From NCBI GenBank assembly GCA_934273635.1, contig CAKQSV010000001.1, positions 85,393 through 149,392 on the forward strand: a stretch of DNA of 64,000 nucleotides, written 5' to 3'. This document shows positions 1 to 7,220 of the stretch, piece by piece. This DNA is from an uncultured Alphaproteobacteria bacterium (GTDB lineage: Bacteria; Pseudomonadota; Alphaproteobacteria; RF32; CAG-239). A model generated the notes under the pieces. That model ran no database searches and was not told the origin of the DNA. It saw nothing but the letters and a program-made list of their open reading frames with translations. The translations under genes were made by a program, and so were the position numbers. How positions within the stretch are numbered: position 1 is the first letter of the stretch; every line of letters begins with the position of its first letter.

Positions 1-846
1 ACACGCTCGTTTGACCGCCGCGTGGTTAAGATTGACGGGCAAAAAATCACCTCGCAATCCGACCTTGGCAAATATATCTCGGCGATATGGCTGACCCCGC
101 AGATGGATAGGATGTTTCGGGGCGGCTCGCAACCTCGGCGCAGTTTTCTTGACCGTTTGGTTTATGCTTTTGATATTGAGCATGCAAAGCGAACGGCCAA
201 TTTTGAACATTTGTACCGCGAGTGGTTCCAGTTGATTAAGAGCGGACGTTCCGACGGGCATTGGCTGTCCTCGCTGGAAGAGAATATGGCCTCGGTCGGC
301 GTGGCGATTGCCGCGGCGCGGCGGGAGCTGATTGCGCGCCTCAACACCTTTATTTTGCACGAACCGGACGATGTGTTCCCTAATGTGGAGCTGTCGTTGG
401 AGGGCACCATTGAGCAAATGCTTGACAGTAAGCCGGCGATTGATGTGGAAGATTATTACATCGGGTTGCTGCAAAAACAGCGCAAAAATGTGTTGTACAG
501 CGAATATGTTGACGGCATCAACCGCACAGACTTTAAGGTTTTGTATAAGAAAAAGCGGATGCCGGCGGAGCTCTGCTCGACCGGCGAGCAGAAATCGCTG
601 TTGGTGGGAATTATTATGGCGCAAACCAAGTGCCAAACTTTGGATAAAGGTTTTGCGCCGGTTTTGTTGCTTGACGAGGTTGCCGCCCATTTGGATGACG
701 CCAAGCGCGAAGCCTTGCTCTCTAAAATCAGAGAACTTAACGTGCAGGCGTGGATTACGGCCACCGACCCGACCTTGTTTGCCTCTATGCGGGGATTTGC
801 CCAATTTTTAGAGGTTAAAAACAATACGGTTTGCCGCAATTATTAA
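1..846 (+). CDS. recF: DNA replication/repair protein RecF, C-terminal portion (5' end lies outside the window)
   Basis: The reading frame is open from position 1. The translation shows the RecF C-terminal signature (STGEQKSLLVGIIMAQ...LLLDEVAAHLD). Confidence 0.8.
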   Translation, partial: TRSFDRRVVKIDGQKITSQSDLGKYISAIWLTPQMDRMFRGGSQPRRSFLDRLVYAFDIEHAKRTANFEHLYREWFQLIKSGRSDGHWLSSLEENMASVGVAIAAARRELIARLNTFILHEPDDVFPNVELSLEGTIEQMLDSKPAIDVEDYYIGLLQKQRKNVLYSEYVDGINRTDFKVLYKKKRMPAELCSTGEQKSLLVGIIMAQTKCQTLDKGFAPVLLLDEVAAHLDDAKREALLSKIRELNVQAWITATDPTLFASMRGFAQFLEVKNNTVCRNY

Positions 847-892
847 CTCAAAATTGACACATTATTGTTATTGTTGTATCATCACATAATTA

Positions 893-1324
893 ATGACAAA
901 GGCAAAAGCAATGGAAAATCAATATTACACTTTGGTTGAAAAGCAGGATTTTTTTGAGATTATTGAGAACAAATTCGGCGAATTGGCCATTTTTATCGAC
1001 AGCCGCGAGGGTGCGCCGGTTAATCCGGTTTTGGAATTTGACGGCAAAAAAACCGCGGTTTTGAAAAGAGACGGTCGCCTTTCGGTGGTTTTGGACGGCA
1101 TTGATGAAGAAACCCGCGCGCCGTTAGCTGAAGCCGAATTTGTGCTGATTGTGGAATTGCAGGGCAAAATGGTGGAAAGAACTTACGGTGTGCCGGTTGA
1201 GAACGTTGAAGACGTGGTCATTGAAGGCAAAAAGACCCGCGCTGACGAGTTTATTAGAGCCAAAACCCGCGAAGAAGTTATTAAAAGTTTCGGCGCGGTT
1301 AAAGTTTGGCACAGCGGAAATTAA
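893..1324 (+). CDS. hypothetical protein (143 aa)
   Basis: Intact ORF between recF and the PTS EIIA gene. No recognisable motif, and no Walker A, so it is not HprK. Confidence 0.45.
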   Translation: MTKAKAMENQYYTLVEKQDFFEIIENKFGELAIFIDSREGAPVNPVLEFDGKKTAVLKRDGRLSVVLDGIDEETRAPLAEAEFVLIVELQGKMVERTYGVPVENVEDVVIEGKKTRADEFIRAKTREEVIKSFGAVKVWHSGN

Positions 1325-1345
1325 TATGGCAAAAGAGGACTGATT

Positions 1346-1744
1346 ATGATTGGTTTAGTTTTGGTAACGCACGGTAATTTGGCACAGGAATTTATTGCCG
1401 CCATGCAGCATGTGGTCGGCAAGCAAGAACAGGTTGAGGCGGTTTGTATCGGACCTGAGGACGATATGGAAATCCGTCGTTCTGAGATTTTGGAAAAAGC
1501 CAAAAAAGTCAACAGCGGCGACGGCACTATTATTTTGACCGATATGTTCGGCGGGACGCCGTCTAACTTGGCTTTGTCGTTAATGGAAACCGCCAATGTC
1601 GAGATTATTGCCGGTATTAATCTGCCGATGCTGATTAAGCTGTGTTCTCTGCGCAAAGACAAATCTATGAAAGAGGCTGTCAACGGCGCGCAAGATGCCG
1701 GCAAAAAATATATTACCGTCGCGTCACAACTTTTGGGATTATAA
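1346..1744 (+). CDS. PTS EIIA component, mannose/fructose family (PTS-Ntr type)
   Basis: N-terminus LVLVTHGNLAQEF matches EIIA-Man with the phospho-His. Size is 132 aa and it sits directly upstream of HPr. Confidence 0.8.
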   Translation: MIGLVLVTHGNLAQEFIAAMQHVVGKQEQVEAVCIGPEDDMEIRRSEILEKAKKVNSGDGTIILTDMFGGTPSNLALSLMETANVEIIAGINLPMLIKLCSLRKDKSMKEAVNGAQDAGKKYITVASQLLGL

Positions 1745-1746
1745 CA

Positions 1747-2025
1747 ATGAGTGAGAATAATATTTGCGCCGAGCTGACAATTCAAAACCGTAAAGGTTTA
1801 CACGCGCGCGCCGCCGCCGCTTTTGTGAAAGCGATTGAAAATTTGGATGCCGAAGTTACGGTTGAACGTATCGGACAAGAGGTTAGCGGCTGTTCAATTA
1901 TGGGCTTGATGATGTTGGCCGCCGCCAAAGGCACAACCATCAAAGTAACCTGCTCCGGCAAACAAGCGCAAGAGGCTATGGACGCACTCAGCACTCTTAT
2001 TAATAATAAATTCGGTGAAGAATAA
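1747..2025 (+). CDS. ptsH: phosphocarrier protein HPr
   Basis: GLHARAA (His15) and GCSIMGLM (Ser46) motifs. The ATG at 1747 is 2 nt after the EIIA stop. Confidence 0.85.
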   Translation: MSENNICAELTIQNRKGLHARAAAAFVKAIENLDAEVTVERIGQEVSGCSIMGLMMLAAAKGTTIKVTCSGKQAQEAMDALSTLINNKFGEE

Positions 2026-2030
2026 GCGGC

Positions 2031-2963
2031 ATGGTAACCTGCAAAGCGCCCCGCAACAAAACAATTCAATTATCGGAGGCTGAAATCAAGGCTTTAACCG
2101 CTCAGGCGTTGAGGCTTAATCATCGCACGCCGATAGAGGAACTTTGCGGTCATATTATTTGGCAAGACACTTTTCAGGTTTTGGATTATCTGCCCAAAGA
2201 CAGTATTGACCTGATGATTGTCGATCCGCCGTACAACCTCACAAAAAACTTTGGACACTCCACGTTTAAGGAAATGGGGTTGACTGACTATAAAAAGTGG
2301 TTGGATAAGTGGCTGAAGAAGACTATTCCGCTGCTGAAAGCCAATGCTTCGGTTTATATTTGCGCTGATTGGCGAACATCTATTGCAATTCCGGAAGTGG
2401 CAGGCAAATATCTGCTGTTGCAAAACCGCATTTCTTGGGAACGGGAAAAAGGTCGCGGCGCGCTGAACAACTGGAAAAACTGTTTGGAAGATATATGGTT
2501 TTTCAGCCGCTCTAAGGAATATACCTTTAACATTGACGACGTGAAAATTCAACGCAAGGTGATTGCGCCTTATCGTGACGAAAGCGGCAAGCCTAAAGAC
2601 TGGGAACAATCCGGCGACGGGCGCACGCGTTTTACTTATCCGTCTAATATTTGGACAGACATTTCTATTCCGTTTTGGTCAATGCCCGAGAACACCAATC
2701 ATCCGACGCAAAAACCCGAAAAACTGATTGCCAAGCTGATTTTGGCCTCCAGTAACAAGGGCGATGTGGTGTTTGACCCGTTTGTCGGCTCAGGCACAAC
2801 AGCGGTGACCGCCAAAAAGCTCGGACGCAGGTTTGTGGGCATTGAGAAAGAAAAAGAATATGTGGCGTTGGCGCTTAAGCGGTTGCTAATGGCTGATGAC
2901 AACGCTGAAATTCAAGGATATGAAAACGGCATTTTCAAAGCGCGCAACGGCGCATATTCTTAA
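2031..2963 (+). CDS. ccrM: N6-adenine DNA methyltransferase, CcrM/M.HinfI (beta-class, DPPY) family; lacks the CcrM C-terminal domain
   Basis: DLMIVDPPYNL motif, and HPTQKPEKLI...VVFDPFVGSGTT...GRRFVGIEKEKEY is colinear with CcrM. Length is 310 aa versus about 358 for CcrM. Starts 6 nt after the ptsH stop. Confidence 0.75.
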   Translation: MVTCKAPRNKTIQLSEAEIKALTAQALRLNHRTPIEELCGHIIWQDTFQVLDYLPKDSIDLMIVDPPYNLTKNFGHSTFKEMGLTDYKKWLDKWLKKTIPLLKANASVYICADWRTSIAIPEVAGKYLLLQNRISWEREKGRGALNNWKNCLEDIWFFSRSKEYTFNIDDVKIQRKVIAPYRDESGKPKDWEQSGDGRTRFTYPSNIWTDISIPFWSMPENTNHPTQKPEKLIAKLILASSNKGDVVFDPFVGSGTTAVTAKKLGRRFVGIEKEKEYVALALKRLLMADDNAEIQGYENGIFKARNGAYS

Positions 2964-3048
2964 GTTTTATAACTCTTGGAACAACGGTTTTTATCATTAT
3001 CTTTCTGTTCGTGACTAGCGATAATTTAACAAACAGGAGGATTTTTTG

Positions 3049-3204
3049 ATGAAAAACAACACATCAAGCAAATCGGCTAAATCTAATGAATCTTCAAAAA
3101 AGAGCGCCTCTCAGCCCGAAGTTGAGATTGAGGTGGACGAATATGACTTTGAACCGAGCAGCTCTTGCGGCTGCGGTTGTAACAGCAATAAGATTAAATA
3201 TTAA
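3049..3204 (+). CDS. small Ser/Lys-rich peptide (51 aa) with a Cys-rich C-terminus (SSSCGCGCNSNKIKY)
   Basis: AGGAGG sits 8 nt upstream of the ATG. It is paralogous to the following small ORF. Not in the ORF track because it is under 60 aa. Confidence 0.35.
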   Translation: MKNNTSSKSAKSNESSKKSASQPEVEIEVDEYDFEPSSSCGCGCNSNKIKY

Positions 3205-3220
3205 TTTTTAGGAGATTATA

Positions 3221-3316
3221 ATGATGACATGTAATAGCAGAAACACCAAATCAGCCTCATCTCAAAACTCAAAAGAATCGGAAATGAGCAAATCTTCATC
3301 CAAAGAAAGCAAATAG
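3221..3316 (+). CDS. small Ser/Lys-rich peptide (31 aa), paralogue of the preceding peptide
   Basis: AGGAG sits 6 nt upstream of the ATG. Shares a TSSKSAKSNESSKKSAS-like composition with its neighbour. Followed by a terminator. Confidence 0.3.
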   Translation: MMTCNSRNTKSASSQNSKESEMSKSSSKESK

Positions 3317-3338
3317 TTTTTGAGTAAGTGCTGACAAG

Positions 3339-3380
3339 TCACCTTTATGTTCTTGAGGAGAGCATAGAGGTGATTTTTTA
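3339..3380 (+). terminator. rho-independent terminator
   Basis: Stem tcacctttatg / catagaggtga (contains one G-U pair) followed by TTTTTT. Confidence 0.5.
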
Positions 3381-3440
3381 TTAGACTATTTACAGAATCA
3401 AGATTATATTGTCGATGTTATATCAGATAAGGATAATAAA

Positions 3441-4055
3441 ATGCGGATATTTGCTTTTTTGACAATGATGTTAGGTTGGGCGGTTTCGGCTCAGGCCGCT
3501 AATTATAACGCCGAGAAGGTTAAACAGATTGAAAACTACCTGAACAGCGTGAAGACGCTTAAGGCCGAGTTTGTGCAAACGGCCAGCAACGGCAACACCG
3601 CCGAGGGGACGTTATGGGTGGAAAAACCCAACAAAATCCGCATGGAATATAAAGAACCGACCAATGTTTTGATTGTGGGCAACGGCGATTATATTGTTTA
3701 TAATGACAAAGATTTGGAGCAGGTCACCAATATTGACTATGAGGATATTCCGGCCAGTCTGATTTTGGCAAACAATATTAAAATAGACGGCAAGCAAATT
3801 AAGGTCAGCAACTATTATGAAGACGCCGGCTCAACCGTGGTGACGTTGAGATACCCCGAAAAGCCCGAAATCGCGCCGATTACCCTCACCTTTACCAACA
3901 GTCCGTTTGCCTTGCGCCAGTGGTCGATTGTTGACCCGCAGAGCGTCGAGGTGGTGGTGTCGCTGTATAATACCGAGGCAGACACACCGCTGAATCAAGA
4001 TTTGTTCCGCTTCAAAAAAGCCAGGTCGCCGCTTAAGTACAAAGGCAAAAAATAA
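3441..4055 (+). CDS. lolA: outer-membrane lipoprotein carrier protein LolA
   Basis: Signal peptide MRIFAFLTMMLGWAVSAQA. The mature sequence and its ~200 aa size match LolA. Confidence 0.8.
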   Translation: MRIFAFLTMMLGWAVSAQAANYNAEKVKQIENYLNSVKTLKAEFVQTASNGNTAEGTLWVEKPNKIRMEYKEPTNVLIVGNGDYIVYNDKDLEQVTNIDYEDIPASLILANNIKIDGKQIKVSNYYEDAGSTVVTLRYPEKPEIAPITLTFTNSPFALRQWSIVDPQSVEVVVSLYNTEADTPLNQDLFRFKKARSPLKYKGKK

Positions 4056-4060
4056 GCAAA

Positions 4061-4687
4061 TCAGAACAGCAGGCGATAGCCACCCTCTTCGGCGCTGACG
4101 ATTTGCGCGCCCGCGGTCTCCTGCTCAACCTTTTTGCGCAAGCGATAAATATGGGTCTCAATGGTATGGGTGGTCACGTCGCCGCTGTATTCCCACACGT
4201 TTTGCAACAGCTCGTTTTTAGGCACCGCCTTGCCGCGCGATTTGTAAAGATATTGGATAATACTCACTTCACGCTCGGTGAGCTTGGCGGTTTTGCCGGT
4301 GGCGGTGTTGAGAATATCTTTATCGACCGGATGAAGCTCATATTCGCCAAAGTGCAAAAAACCATCCGCCGAGTTTTCAAACACATTTATTCCCGACTTG
4401 ATTTGATTGAGCAAATGAGACAGGCGCAGAGGCTTAAACACAAACATATCCAGTTTGTCCGAGGTGGTCTCATCACTATCTGACGGCTCCAAAATCAACG
4501 CCGGCACCTTAACGTGATTGATACGAAATTCAGATAAAAACTCTTTGCCGTCCAATAACGCAATGTCAAACACCGTTTGGTTATCGTCCCAAGTATAAAC
4601 CTTATAGTCTGGCAAGTTTTGCTCAATTTGGCTGACCAGGTCTTCCTGAAACGGACGATTGGCTGACAAAAATAAAATGTTCGGCAT
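4061..4687 (-). CDS. OmpR-family winged-helix transcriptional regulator with an atypical receiver-like N-terminus
   Basis: C-terminus LTEREVSIIQYL...TIETHIYRLRKK matches Trans_reg_C. The N-terminal domain lacks a clean acidic pocket. ATG at 4687 is preceded by AAGGAG. Lies 13 nt downstream of the porin gene. Confidence 0.65.
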   Translation of the reverse strand: MPNILFLSANRPFQEDLVSQIEQNLPDYKVYTWDDNQTVFDIALLDGKEFLSEFRINHVKVPALILEPSDSDETTSDKLDMFVFKPLRLSHLLNQIKSGINVFENSADGFLHFGEYELHPVDKDILNTATGKTAKLTEREVSIIQYLYKSRGKAVPKNELLQNVWEYSGDVTTHTIETHIYRLRKKVEQETAGAQIVSAEEGGYRLLF

Positions 4688-4699
4688 AAGCAAATCTCC

Positions 4700-5818
4700 T
4701 TAAAACCCGAGGCTGAAACCGGTTATCGCAGCATAGCCTTTGTTGGAATCTTCAGGCGTCTGACCTTTGAACTCGGCGCGAGCCCCCGCCAAATAAAGCG
4801 AAAGGTTGCGGTTGTATTGATAAGCGCCTGACAACAGCCAAATTTTGTCTTTGTTATCCGACTGCGCGGACTTGCTCTCAAAATAAGACAAAGCGGTTTT
4901 AAATGGTCCGATTTCATACCCGACGCCAACATCCCATGCCTCGCCCTCGCGGTAGCCGTCAAACCAATCGGCAAGGCGCGGATTGAGGCTATGCTTGGTC
5001 ACAGGATAATCGCCACCGTCAACATAGGTTTTGCGCCAACTGCCGCCGAGCGTCCAACCGGCGCGATACAGGCTCAAACCGGCGCTGAAATCTTTGTCAT
5101 CTTGATTGAAAATGCCATAACCGAGCGAGCTTACCAGTTCGGCAAAGCCTAAATCCGCGGTGTAATATGCGGCGGCAACATAACCATCATCAGCGGCATA
5201 GCGCGCGCGTTTGTTCACCAGACCGGTGCGATTGTAGGTGTCGGGAATATAGCTAAAACCCAAAGTCAGGTTGTGATATTCGGGAGTGATGTAACTGATT
5301 TTTGCCGCGGTGCCGTCGGTGTTTATTGAGGTGCTGTTTAGGGTTTGATAGGCAGTTTGACGCTTGGTTTTCACCCAGTTGGGATTGGCGATAAAGTTGA
5401 CAATATCGCTGTCGTTCAGCCCCAACTTTCCGGCAGACGGCGCTCCGACGTGAAACTGCGCGGCGGCGTTATAAGTTTCGCCAAACATTACCCGCCCCAA
5501 GGGATTGTCAAAAATACCATAGACCTCGTGCCCCCAAAGACCATTACTATAATTATATTGGCGCTTGTTCACCCCGACCATAATATCGGCAAACAGACCT
5601 AGGGAATAGTCGTCGTTAAAGTTTTTTTCGGCACTGAAATCAGCCTCAAAGGTATTGACAAAGAACTGGCGTTTGTCTTTGTGTTTGTCTCGGTGAGAGG
5701 GAAACGCATAACCGTAAAAGGAGCTCCACTCGCCGCTGAGGTTATATTCGGTATCGGACGCAAAAGCGAGGTTTGGCAGTATCAGACCCAATATGAACAG
5801 ATATTTTATTTTTTGCAA
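4700..5818 (-). CDS. outer-membrane porin (beta-barrel, C-terminal Phe)
   Basis: Ends ...ITGFSLGF and is rich in aromatic, Gly and Asn residues as beta-barrels are. The likely start is the TTG at 5816-5818, with GGAGG 6 nt upstream, giving signal peptide MQKIKYLFILGLILPNLAFA. The ORF-track start at 5881 would add a basic tail that is probably not translated. Confidence 0.7.
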   Translation of the reverse strand: MQKIKYLFILGLILPNLAFASDTEYNLSGEWSSFYGYAFPSHRDKHKDKRQFFVNTFEADFSAEKNFNDDYSLGLFADIMVGVNKRQYNYSNGLWGHEVYGIFDNPLGRVMFGETYNAAAQFHVGAPSAGKLGLNDSDIVNFIANPNWVKTKRQTAYQTLNSTSINTDGTAAKISYITPEYHNLTLGFSYIPDTYNRTGLVNKRARYAADDGYVAAAYYTADLGFAELVSSLGYGIFNQDDKDFSAGLSLYRAGWTLGGSWRKTYVDGGDYPVTKHSLNPRLADWFDGYREGEAWDVGVGYEIGPFKTALSYFESKSAQSDNKDKIWLLSGAYQYNRNLSLYLAGARAEFKGQTPEDSNKGYAAITGFSLGF

Positions 5819-5929
5819 CTTCTGCCTCCGTTTTGTTTTTTTCTCTCGCTCGTTATGACGGTTTCCCTGTCTGTTCGTCACTGCGAGTTTGGTGGCAAAC
5901 GAAGCAGTCCAGATTTAATAAGGATTCCT

Positions 5930-6066
5930 TGGTTTGACTGGATTGCTTCGGTGGCAAGCCACCTCGCAATGACGAGGGAGGGACGCCGACTGGATTGCCA
6001 CGACCGCAAGCGGTCTCGCAATGACGGTTTGGGTAACGCGCCCTATCGTCTTCGCAATGATGAGAA
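5930..6066. repeat. tandem REP-like palindromic units
   Basis: Two units, gactggattgc-[stem-AA-stem]-tcgcaatgacg, with stems GGTGGC/GCCACC versus GACCGC/GCGGTC (compensatory changes), plus a partial third copy, cgtcttcgcaatgatgag. Confidence 0.6.
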
Positions 6067-6353
6067 CATTATAATTATCACTTGAGGATAGTCAAGGGAT
6101 TATGTTTATCAGGGACTCGGCTGACAAGCTTATATGCAAAAATTAGAGAAAAATTTACTATTTTAGGAGTATAAAAATATTGTTTGTAGGTGTTTTCCAA
6201 CTGTGAATTTTTTGTTACAGGAATTTTTCTGTTGGAAAATCAATGTTTTATCTCATTTTTGGACTATCAGATTTATCTGGAAAAAAACTCCAAAATTAGG
6301 TATTCTAAAAGAGTAGATGAAGTTAATTTATAACATAGACAAGGAGAAAGACT

Positions 6354-6704
6354 ATGAAGTTCTTTAAGAAAAATATTTGGACAATCTGTTCATGGGTTGC
6401 CGTTTTTGCATTGGTAGCCGCAGATGCTTTTGCTGATCAGGGTTCTTCTTTGATGACCACCGCTCAGACCAAAGCTTCTAACGTGTTCCAATCAGTTAAA
6501 ACCATCACCTTTATTTTGGGTGGTTTCGGTTTAATCGGTATCGCATATCAGGCTATTATCGGTAAAGTTAAATGGTCTTGGTTTGCGGGTTTGGCCGTTG
6601 GTTTGGCTCTGTTGGCCGCTGCAGGTGCTATCGTTGAATACGCTACCGGCGCTTCTGTCAACGACAATTTTGCTGACTCGTTCTCTACCGGTGCTTCGTA
6701 CTAA
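6354..6704 (+). CDS. VirB2/TrbC-like type IV secretion pilin paralogue 1 (116 aa)
   Basis: Signal peptide MKFFKKNIWTICSWVAVFALVAADAFA, then two hydrophobic helices (ITFILGGFGLIGIAYQAIIGKVKWSWFAGLAVGLALLAAAGAIV). Size and architecture match VirB2 (compare Agrobacterium ILGPFGQSLAVLGIVAIGISWMFGRAS). Confidence 0.6.
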   Translation: MKFFKKNIWTICSWVAVFALVAADAFADQGSSLMTTAQTKASNVFQSVKTITFILGGFGLIGIAYQAIIGKVKWSWFAGLAVGLALLAAAGAIVEYATGASVNDNFADSFSTGASY

Positions 6705-6748
6705 TAGAGTTTGTTAAATTAGATAAAAAAAGGAAAGGAAGGTTTGTT

Positions 6749-7162
6749 ATGAAAAATTTGATTGAAAATAATTCACAACACCTTCCTTTTGCCTTTTTGA
6801 TTAAGGGAGCAAGGAAGATGTTGTGCGTAAATTTTAAGAAACTGATTGTCACGGCAGTGCTGATGTTTGTGTGTTCTTCAATTTTATTTGCAACAGATTC
6901 TTATGCACTGTTTGAAGATTTATCCAAACACGGCGGTAAAATTTTTACCGGTATGCGTGAGATTATTTATGCGGTTTCCGGTTTTGGTATTATCGCTATC
7001 GTCATCGGGGCGATTTTTGGTAATATTAACTGGAAATGGCTGACCGCTATTATTATCGGTCTGTTTGTGATTGCGGGTACGGCGACAATCATCAACTATA
7101 TGGTTGAGAGCGATGTTGTGACCCAAGATATGATTACCGACAGCCTGAAGTTTGGCGAATAG
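6749..7162 (+). CDS. VirB2/TrbC-like pilin paralogue 2 (137 aa)
   Basis: Core IIYAVSGFGIIAIVIGAIFGNINWKWLTAIIIGLFVIAG aligns with paralogue 1. There is an alternative in-frame start at 6818 (MLCVNFKK...) preceded by GGGAG. Confidence 0.55.
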   Translation: MKNLIENNSQHLPFAFLIKGARKMLCVNFKKLIVTAVLMFVCSSILFATDSYALFEDLSKHGGKIFTGMREIIYAVSGFGIIAIVIGAIFGNINWKWLTAIIIGLFVIAGTATIINYMVESDVVTQDMITDSLKFGE

Positions 7163-7220
7163 GTTAAAAAAGAAAAATTATTTTGTACTGCAAAAATCTT
7201 AAGGATTAAGGAGACGTGCC

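Noticed and set aside
893-1324. Candidate hprK upstream of EIIA-Man/ptsH (the usual alphaproteobacterial order)
   Set aside because: It has no Walker A or HprK signature. A genuine short HprK with GASGGGKS...ADDRTDL lies at 56534-56962.
2964-3440. Restriction endonuclease partner for the methyltransferase
   Set aside because: Only two tiny peptides (51 and 31 aa) fit in this gap before lolA. Neither could be a REase, so the methyltransferase is treated as an orphan.
5681-6085. 134-aa plus-strand ORF
   Set aside because: It overlaps the porin start in antisense and runs through the REP-like repeats. There is no ribosome-binding site and the composition is biased. Spurious.
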